Source: Fidelibacterota bacterium UBA7301 | GTDB taxonomy: Bacteria > Fidelibacterota > Marinisomatia > Marinisomatales > TCS55 | DNA: 64,000 nucleotides | Direction of reading: 5' to 3' | Assembly (NCBI GenBank): GCA_002471845.1 | Contig: DKQT01000018.1 | Location: 59,807 to 123,806, forward strand | Part shown: positions 9,409 through 19,531 of the stretch, in pieces | How positions within the stretch are numbered: the first letter of the stretch is position 1 | How the letters are laid out: the number at the start of each line of letters is the position of its first letter | Program-made: the position numbers and the translations under genes | Notes under the pieces: generated by a model | Database searches by the model: none | What the model saw: only the letters and a program-made list of their open reading frames with translations | Told to the model about the DNA's origin: nothing

Positions 9409-10143
9409 ATGCCTATGAACTTACTAGAAGGTAAGGTTTGTATTATTACTGGGGCTGGTCGTGGGATCGGTAAAGCAACCGCAATTAAATTCGCGGAAGA
9501 AGGTGCTAAGGTTGTAGTGGCTGAATTTGATGAGACGTCCGGGCAATCCACTGCTGATGCAGTTGGGGGAGCCTTTGTCAAAACCAATGTTTCGGATAAA
9601 GATAATGTTGATGCGTTGATTCAATCTACCATGGATGCTTTTGGTCGTATAGATGTGTTGGTGAACAATGCGGGCATTCTCATGGACGGAACTTTGGCCA
9701 AGATGGAAGAAGACCAGTTTGACGCTGTGATCAATGTGAATTTAAAAGGGGTATACCTCTGCGGACGTGCAGTGTCGAACATCATGAAAGAACAGGGTAG
9801 CGGCGTTATTTTGAATGCATCTTCTGTGGTGGCCCATAACGGGAATTTCGGACAAACCAACTATGTGGCGACCAAATCAGGAGTTATTGGTATGACGAAA
9901 GTTTGGGCCCGTGAATTGGGCAAAGATGGGATACGTGTGAACGCCGTAGCACCGGGATTTATCAAGACTGACATGACAGCCCAAATGCCGGAAAAAATAA
10001 TCCAGATGATGGGGGACAAAGTCCCACTGAAGCGCTGGGGTGAACCTGAAGATATTGCCAATGTTTACTGCTTTTTGGCTAGCGATGAGGCATCTTATAT
10101 CAGTGGAACTGTGTTAAATGTAGACGGAGGTGTGGTGGTCTGA
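9409..10143 (+). CDS. fabG: 3-oxoacyl-ACP reductase (SDR family)
   Basis: 244 aa with the cofactor motif TGAGRGIG, NNAG, and the catalytic YVATK. Confidence 0.85.
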   Translation: MPMNLLEGKVCIITGAGRGIGKATAIKFAEEGAKVVVAEFDETSGQSTADAVGGAFVKTNVSDKDNVDALIQSTMDAFGRIDVLVNNAGILMDGTLAKMEEDQFDAVINVNLKGVYLCGRAVSNIMKEQGSGVILNASSVVAHNGNFGQTNYVATKSGVIGMTKVWARELGKDGIRVNAVAPGFIKTDMTAQMPEKIIQMMGDKVPLKRWGEPEDIANVYCFLASDEASYISGTVLNVDGGVVV

Positions 10144-10251
10144 TGGGACAAATGTTTTAGCACGGACAATTGTCGTGTCCAGCCGAAAACCCGTGAAAGA
10201 AGATTCAGCGAAGAGGACCCTCCAAAATTTGGTGGATCTCGTATAGGTTAT

Positions 10252-10277
10252 GTAGGGGATGTATGAGCACCCCCTAC
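10252..10277. terminator. hairpin GTAGGGG-N12-CCCCTAC followed by T-rich tract, between convergent fabG and hsp20
   Basis: 7-bp GC-rich stem read directly, followed by gatttattatt on the + strand. Confidence 0.45.
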
Positions 10278-10290
10278 GATTTATTATTAA

Positions 10291-10725
10291 TTAGCCAATT
10301 TTGATTTGACGAACGTCGGGCTTAACCTCTTCAGCTTTGAGCAAAGTAATGGTCAATGAACCGTTTTTGAATTTAGCTTCAATTTCATTTTCCAATACAT
10401 TCTCCGGCAGGGAGAAACTGCGGCTGAAAGAACCATACCTACGCTCCCGAATGCGAAACGCACCATCATCGGATTTTTTATCCAATTTTCGTTCAGCACT
10501 AAGGGTTAACACACCATCTTCAACGGAAAGATTTACATCTTTTTTATCAAATCCCGGAAAATCTGCTGTGAGGATGAATTCCTTTTTATTTTCAGAAATA
10601 TCCACAGCCGGTGAATGAGATCGGTAGGAAGGTGTTAAGTTCCAGCCATCATTGAAGATGCCATCGAGCATACGATCGAAATCAGTAATCAATGAGCGAT
10701 TTGGTGTCCATTTTACTAAAGTCAT
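10291..10725 (-). CDS. Hsp20/alpha-crystallin family small heat-shock protein
   Basis: 144 aa. Alpha-crystallin domain (AVDISENKKEFILTADFPGFDKKDVNLSVEDGVLTLSAER ... FSRSFSLPENV). SD AAAGGAG lies upstream of the ATG. Confidence 0.9.
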   Translation of the reverse strand: MTLVKWTPNRSLITDFDRMLDGIFNDGWNLTPSYRSHSPAVDISENKKEFILTADFPGFDKKDVNLSVEDGVLTLSAERKLDKKSDDGAFRIRERRYGSFSRSFSLPENVLENEIEAKFKNGSLTITLLKAEEVKPDVRQIKIG

Positions 10726-10956
10726 GATTGACTCCTTTGTTTTTAGTTTGAAAAAATCTTTATCCTTTTATATTCAATCCGTGTACCAAATTCCTTTTAT
10801 TGCCTCATTTTCAGGCTTAACTGCCCATATGACAATGTGGTTTGTAAATATGACATACCATTATGAAGTAACGACATAGACAAATGGATGATTGGTGTTC
10901 ATTTTATTAATTCAGTAATTTGATTTCTTAATAGTAAAGGATTTATAAGTAAAATC

Positions 10957-12183
10957 ATGTCAAAACTTGCAATTCATGGCGGTGACCCGGTGCGCACCAA
11001 ACCATTCCCGGAATGGCCGCGTCCCACTTCAGAATTAAAGGATGTCATCATTGCTACTCTGGAAAATGAAGGCTGGGGGGTAGGGAGTGAGGCCATCAGC
11101 CGTTTTGAAGACAGGTTTGCTGAGTTTCATGATGCCAAATACTGCATAAGTACCAGTTCTGGCACTACAGCCCTATGGGTGATGCTCAAAGCTGCCGGTG
11201 TAAAAGCAGGGGATGAAGTAATCGTCCCGCCCTATACATTTATTGCTACTGCATCTGCGGTACTCATGGCCAACGCTGTACCGGTTTTCGTGGATATTGA
11301 TTCCGATACATTTAATATCGATCCAGACTTGATCGAGGCTGCCATCACTGGAAAGACCAAAGCTATAATGCCCGTGCATATTGCCGGGAATCCCGCAGAC
11401 ATGGATGCTATTTTAGCCATCGGGGAAAAACATGGCATTGCCATTCTTGAGGATGCGGCCCAAGCTCACGGTGCTGAATGGAACGGGTCAAAAGTTGGTG
11501 CTCTCGGTTTAGGCGGTATTTTTAGTTTTCAAACATCCAAAAATATGTCTGCCGGTGAAGGGGGTGCCATCATATCCAATGATGAAGCCTTTTATGAGAC
11601 TTGTTTTTCATATCATAACTGCGGTCGAACAAAAGGAGGCGAATTTTATGAGCACCAAATTTTGGGTGGAAATTTTCGTCTTAATGCGATGGCCAGCAGT
11701 ATGTTGTTACCCCAGATTAATTCGTTGCCAAATGATATGGAATTGCGGGATAAGAATCGGAAAAAACTAGATGATGCTTTAATTCAGATTGACGGCCTTA
11801 CCATAAATGGCAATTACAGCGGCGCAACACGGCAATCAAATCATTTATATCTTACAAAGTATGATGCGGCAAAATTCAATGATATTCCGCGGGAAAGATT
11901 TTTCAAAGCCATGCAGGCGGAAGGTATTTATACCTATATGGGATATACACCTTTATATCGTGAAAAATTATTTGTTACTGATTCGGAAGAATATCCCTGG
12001 CTCAAGGGATATGATTTTAGTTCAATGAAGATGCCGATGACTGAAAAGATAGCCGATAAAGAAGCGGTGTGGTTGAAACAGAACTATTTATTGGGAAATA
12101 ATGATGATACCAGGGATATTATTGATGCATTTGAAAAAGTAACGACTACGCTACACACTAAACCGGAATTATTTCAGGATTAA
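10957..12183 (+). CDS. DegT/DnrJ/EryC1/StrS family PLP-dependent sugar aminotransferase
   Basis: 408 aa with FEDRFAEFH, DEVIVPPYTFIATA and FSFQTSKNMSAGEGG (PLP Lys region). Confidence 0.8.
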   Translation: MSKLAIHGGDPVRTKPFPEWPRPTSELKDVIIATLENEGWGVGSEAISRFEDRFAEFHDAKYCISTSSGTTALWVMLKAAGVKAGDEVIVPPYTFIATASAVLMANAVPVFVDIDSDTFNIDPDLIEAAITGKTKAIMPVHIAGNPADMDAILAIGEKHGIAILEDAAQAHGAEWNGSKVGALGLGGIFSFQTSKNMSAGEGGAIISNDEAFYETCFSYHNCGRTKGGEFYEHQILGGNFRLNAMASSMLLPQINSLPNDMELRDKNRKKLDDALIQIDGLTINGNYSGATRQSNHLYLTKYDAAKFNDIPRERFFKAMQAEGIYTYMGYTPLYREKLFVTDSEEYPWLKGYDFSSMKMPMTEKIADKEAVWLKQNYLLGNNDDTRDIIDAFEKVTTTLHTKPELFQD

Positions 12184-12217
12184 AGCATACATTTCAAAAG
12201 TTAAATGAATATATTTG

Positions 12218-12301
12218 TGCCCGAGACTGGAGTCGAACCAGCACGTTCTTGCGAACACTAGACCCTGAACCTAGCGCGTCTACCAATTCCGCCACCCGGG
12301 C
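12218..12301 (-). tRNA. tRNA-Leu (anticodon CAG), class II with long variable arm; CCA not encoded
   Basis: Folded by hand. Acceptor GCCCGGG/CTCGGGC (one G-U pair), anticodon stem CTAGG/TCTAG with loop TTCAGGG, variable stem GTTC/GAAC, T-loop GGTTCGACTCC. Confidence 0.9.
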
Positions 12302-12405
12302 TTCAAAAAGCGCGCTGAAATTACATTTTCGATCCCAGCCTCAGCAAGGAATAAACTTGGAAGGCCTTAGCATAATCCCGTATTTTTCCTGTCGGATTCT
12401 TGCTT

Positions 12406-12858
12406 ATGAATAAACAGATTGTCGCCACCAATCGCAAAGCCTTTCATGAATATCATATACTGGATAAATTTGAAGCCGGTATTGAACTTTTAGGCAGTGA
12501 GGTTAAAAGTCTTCGGGAAGGTAATGCCAACTTAAAGGAAGCTTATATTGTCATTCGAAAAGGACAGGCAAGGGCAGTTGGTATACATATCAGTCCCTAT
12601 TCTCATACAGGATTTGAAGGACATGAACCGGTAAGGGGTCGTCGTTTATTACTTCATAAACGGGAGATCCAAAAAATTAAAAATTCGTTGGATCAAAAAG
12701 GATTAACTGCAGTTCCACTCCAGTTATATTTCAATCCCAAAGGATGGGCAAAACTGGAATTTGGAATTGCCAAAGGCAAAAAGATTTACGATAAAAAAGA
12801 AGCAATTCGCGAAAGAGATATTAAACGGGACGCTGACAGAGAATTACGGAATAGATAA
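12406..12858 (+). CDS. smpB: SsrA-binding protein
   Basis: Begins IVATNRKAFHEYHILDKFEAGIELLGSEVKSLR and ends in a basic tail. The alternative TTG start is at 12400. Confidence 0.95.
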   Translation: MNKQIVATNRKAFHEYHILDKFEAGIELLGSEVKSLREGNANLKEAYIVIRKGQARAVGIHISPYSHTGFEGHEPVRGRRLLLHKREIQKIKNSLDQKGLTAVPLQLYFNPKGWAKLEFGIAKGKKIYDKKEAIRERDIKRDADRELRNR

Positions 12859-14063
12859 TGGCATTTTTAAGTGTGGATCAACAATGGGAACTTATCAGCC
12901 GCGGCGCTGAAGAGATTCTTCCTGAAGAAGAACTCAGGCAAAAATTAGAAAAATCAAGGAAAAGTGAAACTCCGCTCAATGTAAAACTCGGATGTGATCC
13001 AAGTTGTCCGGACTTACATGTAGGGCATGGTGTCGTCCTGCGCAAACTACGGCATTTCCAGGACCTGGGACATCAGGCTATTCTGGTCATTGGTGATTTT
13101 ACGGCTATGATCGGTGATCCCTCTGGACGTAATAAAACACGGCCTCAATTGACACTGGAAGAAACGAAGGCCAACGCAAAATCCTATATTGCACAGGCGG
13201 GACTTATCCTGGATATTGATACATTAAAAATTGTTTATAATTCAGATTGGCTGGATGCCATGAATTTCAGTGATGTAATTCGTCTTTCCAGCCATTATAC
13301 CATCGCCCGCATGCTGGAAAGAGATGATTTTACCAAAAGGTATCAATCCGAAACTCCGATTTCAATTCATGAATTTATGTACCCTCTGGCCCAAGGTATG
13401 GATTCTGTTGAACTTAAAGCGGATGTTGAATTGGGTGGAACAGACCAGAAATTCAATTTATTGGTCGGTCGTAATTTACAAAGAGAATATGATCAGGATC
13501 CCCAGGTTATTATCACACTTCCACTGTTGGAAGGTACCGACGGAAATGAAAAGATGTCAAAATCATACGGTAATGATATTGGGTTAACGGATAAGCCGGA
13601 AGATATGTATGGGAAATCCATGTCTATCTCAGACGAAATGATTGAAAAATATTTTATCCTTGCTATAGATGCAGATGCCGATACAGTTTCCAAAGTAAAA
13701 AAACAGTTGCAGGATTCTTCCGTAAATCCGAGGGATGTAAAACGTGCACTGGGACGGGCTATTGTTAAACTATACCATGGAGAAGAAGCATCACTCGCGG
13801 CGGAACAACACTTTGATCAAGTGATTGTTAATAAAGATGCTCCGGAAGAAATGGACGAAATTATATTAGATTCAGATACGTTAATTATTGATATTATTAC
13901 AGAAAATGAATTGACTAAAAGCAAAGGTGAAGCGCGTAGATTGGTGAAGCAGGGTGCGGTTCGTATTGATAATGAAAAGATTTCTGATATGAATTTCGTT
14001 CTCAATCCCGGAAAAGAAGTGATCGTTAAAGTAGGAAAAAGAAAGTTTTTGAGAGTGAAATGA
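12858..14063 (+). CDS. tyrS: tyrosine--tRNA ligase
   Basis: HIGH-type motif DLHVGHG, KMSKS present, C-terminal S4-like domain. The start overlaps the smpB stop by 1 nt (TAATG). Confidence 0.95.
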   Translation: MAFLSVDQQWELISRGAEEILPEEELRQKLEKSRKSETPLNVKLGCDPSCPDLHVGHGVVLRKLRHFQDLGHQAILVIGDFTAMIGDPSGRNKTRPQLTLEETKANAKSYIAQAGLILDIDTLKIVYNSDWLDAMNFSDVIRLSSHYTIARMLERDDFTKRYQSETPISIHEFMYPLAQGMDSVELKADVELGGTDQKFNLLVGRNLQREYDQDPQVIITLPLLEGTDGNEKMSKSYGNDIGLTDKPEDMYGKSMSISDEMIEKYFILAIDADADTVSKVKKQLQDSSVNPRDVKRALGRAIVKLYHGEEASLAAEQHFDQVIVNKDAPEEMDEIILDSDTLIIDIITENELTKSKGEARRLVKQGAVRIDNEKISDMNFVLNPGKEVIVKVGKRKFLRVK

Positions 14064-15661
14064 AAAGGTGGATTTTCTGGCCGCTGACCGCGGCTATTTT
14101 TTTGTATGGATTTATCCCATATATCGATAAACCAAAACTCGTCGTATTTATTGCTGTTGATCAGGGTCAACAGTCTTTACTGAAAAAATATAATCATTTA
14201 TTTACAGGTGGATATCGTTGGCTGATAGATCATGGGATTCAATTTGAGAATGCTTATCATAACCATGGATATACGACTACAGGTCCAGGGCACTATACAT
14301 TGGCTTCGGGACGCTATCCTGGAAAGGGTGGTATTATCACAAATCAATGGTTTGATAGAAACCTTAAGCGTGGTTGGTATTGCGTCGAAGATACTTCTTC
14401 TATAGAACTTGTAGATGGATCAACTGGACGATCATATAAATATATCAATAATACTGCATTGGGCGATTGGGTGAAAGCAGTCAATCCTAATTCAAAAGTT
14501 ATTTCGATCTCTGGAAAAGATCGTGCCGCTGTATTATTGGGTGGAAAAAACCCTGATATGGTTCTTTGGAATGATAAGCAAGGTGGATATACAACATCAA
14601 CATATTACGCTGATTCACTCCCAGTATGGGTTAAAGAAGAAATAGATAAAATGAATATACCATCCTATATCGATTCGACATGGGAGCGGATATTGCCTGA
14701 AAACGTTTACAGTAATATTACAAGGGCGGACAATACGTATGGTGAAGCTGATTGGACAATGAAAAATGGATATAACCCAACGTTCCCAATTATATTTAAT
14801 GAATTGGAATTATCTACAATGTTAGAGTTATTTTACATTACACCTTTTGGAGATGAGGCTACAATTCAACTTGGGAAACGGTCTTTGGCAGAATATGACA
14901 TGGGCACAGATGATAAACCTGATATCTTATTTTTAGAGTTATCTGCTACAGATGGGATTGGACACAGCTTTGGGCCACATTCTCAAGAACAAATGGACAA
15001 CTATCTAAGGTTAGATCGAAACTTGGGGCAGTTTATTCATTATATAGAACAATCAATTGGAGAGGGGAATGTTCTATATGTATTGACTAGCGATCACGGT
15101 GTAATTGCACTCCCGGAATATTTGCAATCTATGGGCGTTGATTCAGGGCGAATTCCAAAACCCACACGCGATTCTTTATATACTAAAGCCATGAACGAAA
15201 TCAATCAACGAATTGGTTCAGATAAAGTGTATCGTTATGGGAATTCTTTCTATTATGCAAATTCAATCAATTCCTTGGAACGTAAAGTGGCAACGGATAT
15301 ACTCAAGACCCAATTAACTAAATTAGAGGGAATCCGTTCCGTGATTACGAAAGAGGATATACTTCAGGGCGGTAATAGCGACTATCAACGCCGGTTAAAG
15401 AATATGATTCATCCAGAAAAAAGCCCGGATATTTATTTAATCCCGAAAAAATACTGGACTTGGCGCTACCCCTACGGGGCCAGCCACGGTACACCGTACG
15501 ATTATGATGTCCACGTTCCATTGATCTTTGCCCGCGGAGGGCAAAAGGCTAAAGTGAAGGCGGAGCGGGTGATGACCGTGGATATCGCCCCCACGGTAGC
15601 CAACATACTTGGTTTGGATTATCCAAAGGACGTGGATGGTAAAGTATTATCGATCAAATAA
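14060..15661 (+). CDS. alkaline-phosphatase-superfamily protein (type I phosphodiesterase/nucleotide pyrophosphatase-like)
   Basis: 533 aa with an N-terminal hydrophobic segment and the motifs ISGKDRAAVLLGG, TDGIGHSFGPHS and LTSDHG. ATGA overlap with tyrS. Confidence 0.75.
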   Translation: MKRWIFWPLTAAIFLYGFIPYIDKPKLVVFIAVDQGQQSLLKKYNHLFTGGYRWLIDHGIQFENAYHNHGYTTTGPGHYTLASGRYPGKGGIITNQWFDRNLKRGWYCVEDTSSIELVDGSTGRSYKYINNTALGDWVKAVNPNSKVISISGKDRAAVLLGGKNPDMVLWNDKQGGYTTSTYYADSLPVWVKEEIDKMNIPSYIDSTWERILPENVYSNITRADNTYGEADWTMKNGYNPTFPIIFNELELSTMLELFYITPFGDEATIQLGKRSLAEYDMGTDDKPDILFLELSATDGIGHSFGPHSQEQMDNYLRLDRNLGQFIHYIEQSIGEGNVLYVLTSDHGVIALPEYLQSMGVDSGRIPKPTRDSLYTKAMNEINQRIGSDKVYRYGNSFYYANSINSLERKVATDILKTQLTKLEGIRSVITKEDILQGGNSDYQRRLKNMIHPEKSPDIYLIPKKYWTWRYPYGASHGTPYDYDVHVPLIFARGGQKAKVKAERVMTVDIAPTVANILGLDYPKDVDGKVLSIK

Positions 15662-15777
15662 TGTTAATTTTGTCCCATCCCGGACGCAGAATAAAAATCT
15701 GTTAATTTGTATTTTTTACAATCGGTTAAATCGGCTAAGTTTCCTGCCCCTTTTTAACCTCGAATGAAGGAGATGAT

Positions 15778-16107
15778 GTGTCAGAAAATATCAAAGAGCT
15801 CACCTCAGTGAATTTTGATGCTGAAGTATTGAAATCCGATATACCTGTGCTTGTAGATTTTTGGGCCGAATGGTGCGGACCATGTCGTGCTATTGCTCCT
15901 ATAATAGATGAAGTTGCCAGCGAATATAATGGAAAATTAAAAGTTGGCAAATTAAACGTGGACCAAGAAAATCAAATGGCCACACAATACGGCGTCAGAA
16001 GTATTCCTACGCTGTTGGTATTCAACAATGGTACGGTCGCTAATCAACTCATTGGGTCCGTCCCAAAATCAAGAATAACTGATTTTATAGATTCAGTTAT
16101 TCATTAA
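15778..16107 (+). CDS. trxA: thioredoxin
   Basis: 109 aa with active site [11 protein letters not shown] start sits 5 nt after AAGGAG. Confidence 0.95.
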   Translation: MSENIKELTSVNFDAEVLKSDIPVLVDFWAEWCGPCRAIAPIIDEVASEYNGKLKVGKLNVDQENQMATQYGVRSIPTLLVFNNGTVANQLIGSVPKSRITDFIDSVIH

Positions 16108-16122
16108 TAATTAATTCAAAGA

Positions 16123-17052
16123 ATGAATCGAAAGGTTATTATTATCGGCTCGGGTCCAGCCGGCTTAACTGCGGCTTTATACGCGGCCAGGGCTAATTTG
16201 AATCCGTTGGTTTTAGAAGGCAGCCAGCCCGGCGGTCAATTGACCATTACAACTGATGTGGAAAATTATCCCGGATTTCCAACAGGAATTATGGGTCCTG
16301 AACTCATGGATAAATTCCGTAAACAGGCCACACGGTTTGGGGCCGAATGCCATTTTAAACATGTCACCAAGATTGATTTCAGTAAGCGCCCATATAGAGT
16401 TTGGGTAGCTGATGAATCGTACACCGCTGAGACAATCATTATTGCCACAGGGGCCTCAGCTAAAATGCTGGGCCTTGAAAGCGAAAAAGAGCTCATGGGT
16501 TATGGTGTTTCTGCCTGTGCAACCTGTGATGGATTTTTCTTTCGTGATAAGAAAGTACTTGTCATCGGCGGTGGAGATTCTGCTATGGAAGAGGCAACCT
16601 ATCTTACAAAGTTTGCTTCGGAAGTGGTGATTGTTCATCGGCGGGACGAATTTCGTGCATCAAAAATCATGATTAATCGTACAATGGATAATCCTAAGAT
16701 TTCAGTTGCATGGAACTCAACTATTGCGGAAATCCTGGGCACACAGGAAAAAGGTGTTAATGGTGTCGTTATGAAAGATACACAAACGGGTAAAACAAGG
16801 AAAGAAGCCTGTGATGGTGTATTTATGGCCATCGGCCATAAACCGAATACGGAATTATTCAGAGATTTTTTAAAGGCCGATAAAACTGGCTATTTAATCA
16901 CGAAAAATGGCAGTACAGTAACCAATTTAGATGGTGTTTTTGCCTGTGGTGATGTCCAGGACCATGTGTATAGGCAGGCGGTGACGGCCGCTGGTTCCGG
17001 TTGCATGGCAGCTATTGATGCAGAACGGTTTTTAGAAAGCCAACCTAACTAG
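16123..17052 (+). CDS. trxB: thioredoxin-disulfide reductase
   Basis: GSGPAG FAD motif, redox CATCDG, and GGGDSA NADPH motif. Confidence 0.95.
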   Translation: MNRKVIIIGSGPAGLTAALYAARANLNPLVLEGSQPGGQLTITTDVENYPGFPTGIMGPELMDKFRKQATRFGAECHFKHVTKIDFSKRPYRVWVADESYTAETIIIATGASAKMLGLESEKELMGYGVSACATCDGFFFRDKKVLVIGGGDSAMEEATYLTKFASEVVIVHRRDEFRASKIMINRTMDNPKISVAWNSTIAEILGTQEKGVNGVVMKDTQTGKTRKEACDGVFMAIGHKPNTELFRDFLKADKTGYLITKNGSTVTNLDGVFACGDVQDHVYRQAVTAAGSGCMAAIDAERFLESQPN

Positions 17053-17089
17053 ACTACCTTTCGATTCATCCTTTCCTAACTATGGAGAT

Positions 17090-17839
17090 ATGATGAGTCA
17101 AAAATCAACTTTAATTTACGAACTAAAGAGTCTGCAAAAGACCTATAGGGAAGATACAGTATTAAACATTGGTCGCCTCCAATTTCATCGCGGGACGATC
17201 TATGGGGTGATTGGTCCTATCGGGTCAGGGAAATCCACCCTGTTCAATATTATGGCAGGATTAGATAGACAATCTGAGGGGACTGTTAAATATGATGATG
17301 GAGAATTTGAAACTAATTGGCTGGGTAAAATAAAACAAAACCCGGAAATCAAATTGGCTCAAATCAACGGTTTGCCTAAAGGGTCTAAAGTATCTGATGT
17401 CATTGATGGACACCAGGGCAAACTTGCTGATCAAATCTTGGCAAAATACTTTAAAAACAGGTCGTGGAAAGCATTATTATCCCGGAATATATCCAACCTT
17501 TCAAATGGTGAATTGGCGTGGCTGAATCTGGTTAATGCCATAGAGACGGATCCGCGAGTCCTGTTGGTTGATGATTATGGTGTTTTCTTTGACAATATTT
17601 TGGAAGGTGAATTCCGCAGAAAACTGAATCAAATGAATAAGGAATTAGGTACAACTATTATCCTCTCTGCGCAATCAGATCAGAATTTAAAACGAATCGC
17701 TTCAGTTCTTATTTACCTGGATAATGGCCATATTGCTAAAATTCGTCCAGGTGCGGGCAGGGGATTTAAACGAATTCCCAATCAACGAACCTCTAATCAG
17801 CGCCGATCTAAAAATCGAAAATCCAAGGGATCGCGTTAA
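17090..17839 (+). CDS. ABC-type ATPase with degenerate catalytic motifs and basic C-terminal tail; no adjacent permease
   Basis: Walker A GPIGSGKST is intact. Signature is LSNGE instead of LSGGQ, Walker B is LLVDD-D (Asp where the catalytic Glu is expected), and SAQSD sits where the H-loop His is expected. The tail is RGFKRIPNQRTSNQRRSKNRKSKGSR. Confidence 0.7.
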   Translation: MMSQKSTLIYELKSLQKTYREDTVLNIGRLQFHRGTIYGVIGPIGSGKSTLFNIMAGLDRQSEGTVKYDDGEFETNWLGKIKQNPEIKLAQINGLPKGSKVSDVIDGHQGKLADQILAKYFKNRSWKALLSRNISNLSNGELAWLNLVNAIETDPRVLLVDDYGVFFDNILEGEFRRKLNQMNKELGTTIILSAQSDQNLKRIASVLIYLDNGHIAKIRPGAGRGFKRIPNQRTSNQRRSKNRKSKGSR

Positions 17840-17881
17840 AGATCAATGCACTGATTGGATCGGTTTGTGTAAATTATAATC

Positions 17882-18505
17882 ATGAAGCGGGTAAGGAGAT
17901 CCAGGACTGACCGCATTCTTACAGGAGTGTGCGGAGGTGTAGCGCAATATTTTGTAGTGGATTCAACAATTGTCCGGCTTATATGGATATTTTTTACCCT
18001 TTTTGGAGGATCAGGGTTGATAATCTATATCATTGCAGCTATCATTATACCGGATGAACATACACAAGAGCGAACTTTCAATTTAGATTCATTGAAAAAT
18101 AATCCGCTCTGGGGTATCCTGTTTATATTTGTGGGAATTGTTCTTTTTTTCCAATATAATCATGTTCTTTTCCTATTCTGGGGTTCTTTTTGGGATAATT
18201 TTCTGAATATTTTAGTTGCTTTTATTTTGCTTGGGGTAGGGATATACTTGCTCTACAATCGGCGGATTGAAATTAAAAAAACAACCGAGTATAATATCGG
18301 GGAGGAACCACTGCATTTATCAATAGAAGATAAAAAGTTGGCTGGCGTGTGCGGCGGATTTGGTGAATCATTAAATCTCGATCCCAACCTGGTGCGTGTT
18401 TTATGGATATTCGGAACATTAATGAGTGTTGGTATAGGTATATTACTATACATTGTCTTAGCATTGGTGCTGCCTGAAAGGGCTATAGTATCTGAAGATA
18501 TTTAA
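17882..18505 (+). CDS. membrane protein with two PspC domains
   Basis: Two copies of the PspC signature: DRILTGVCGGVAQYF..VRLIWIFF and KKLAGVCGGFGESLNLDPNLVRVLWIF. They are separated by TM segments. Confidence 0.8.
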   Translation: MKRVRRSRTDRILTGVCGGVAQYFVVDSTIVRLIWIFFTLFGGSGLIIYIIAAIIIPDEHTQERTFNLDSLKNNPLWGILFIFVGIVLFFQYNHVLFLFWGSFWDNFLNILVAFILLGVGIYLLYNRRIEIKKTTEYNIGEEPLHLSIEDKKLAGVCGGFGESLNLDPNLVRVLWIFGTLMSVGIGILLYIVLALVLPERAIVSEDI

Positions 18506-18508
18506 ACC

Positions 18509-19483
18509 ATGGATTTAGATCGTTTTAAAGAAATAACCTCCGGGTTTGGGGACAAAAAAGTACTCGTCGTAGGAGACCTCATGCTGGACACTTATTTATG
18601 GGGTTATGCTGACCGCATTTCACCTGAAGCTCCGGTCCCGGTTGTGAAGGTCAGTAAAATTGAACACAATCCTGGGGGTGCAGCCAACGTGGCCTTAAAC
18701 TTGGCTTCATTAGGCTGCCAGGTATCGGTCATCGGGTTGATAGGTCCTGATGCTGAAGGAAAAATTTTAACGGGACTACTCGACCAAAAGAATATTGTCT
18801 GCACAAACCTAGTGGAAAGTGAAAACCGCCCTACAACCGTTAAGTCCAGGATTATTGCCCATAACCAGCAAGTCGTACGGGCAGATCGAGAAGTCAATTC
18901 AGATTTGTCAGAAGCGTCCAATGAAGCCTTAACAGAATCTGTCAAATCAAATTTAAAGGACGTTGATGCTGTGGTTTTGGAAGATTATAACAAAGGAGTT
19001 TTGAATTCAGTTTCGATTAGGAAATTGATTGAAATGGCCAATCAAGCGGGTAAACCAATTTATGTCGACCCGAAAAAAGCCAATTTCAATTCATATAAAA
19101 AAATCCGCCTCTTTAAGCCGAATTTGTTTGAATTCAGGAATGCCTATGCAGAGAACGAATCCCTGGAAGCAGCCGGATTTAAACTCAAAAATGAGTTAAA
19201 TGCAGAAATTCTTATGATCACCCGGGGTGCGGATGGTGTTTCGTTGTTTGTGGGTTCTGACTATCACCATATTCCCACCAAAGCCCGCCAGGTCCACGAT
19301 GTTTCCGGGGCTGGGGATACTGTTATTGCCACTTTTACCATGTCCGATCTATGTGGGGCCACACCGGAGGAATCTGTTACCCTATCCAATTTTGCTGCCG
19401 GACGTGTCTGTGAAGAAGTGGGCGTAGTGCCCATCACCATTGAAATGTTGAATGAAATGCTGGATCACCATAACAGCGTTTAA
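18509..19483 (+). CDS. D-glycero-beta-D-manno-heptose-7-phosphate kinase-like (RfaE/HldE domain I type, pfkB family)
   Basis: 324 aa with VLVVGDLMLDTYLWG, NPGGAANVA and DVSGAGDTVIA. No adenylyltransferase domain is attached. Confidence 0.75.
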   Translation: MDLDRFKEITSGFGDKKVLVVGDLMLDTYLWGYADRISPEAPVPVVKVSKIEHNPGGAANVALNLASLGCQVSVIGLIGPDAEGKILTGLLDQKNIVCTNLVESENRPTTVKSRIIAHNQQVVRADREVNSDLSEASNEALTESVKSNLKDVDAVVLEDYNKGVLNSVSIRKLIEMANQAGKPIYVDPKKANFNSYKKIRLFKPNLFEFRNAYAENESLEAAGFKLKNELNAEILMITRGADGVSLFVGSDYHHIPTKARQVHDVSGAGDTVIATFTMSDLCGATPEESVTLSNFAAGRVCEEVGVVPITIEMLNEMLDHHNSV

Positions 19484-19531
19484 TCCAAACATTTCTCGCA
19501 TTAAATTCTAATCAACCCGATTTCAAACAAC

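Noticed and set aside
10157-10180. TTAGCAC...GTGTCC after fabG, resembling a CIRCE half-site.
   Set aside because: Only the first 7 nt match CIRCE, and the second arm (GAGTGCTAA) is absent. The local dyad (CACGGACAATTGTCGTG) is better explained as a post-fabG hairpin.
10652-10879. 75-aa + strand ORF overlapping the hsp20 start and its upstream region.
   Set aside because: It overlaps hsp20 coding sequence and the AT-rich promoter region, and the peptide has no features.
12184-12405. tRNA-Leu flanks as an integration hotspot, or a tmRNA gene next to smpB.
   Set aside because: There is no integrase, no direct repeat of the tRNA 3' end, and no foreign-looking genes nearby. The gaps (34 and 104 nt) are far too short for a ~350-nt tmRNA.
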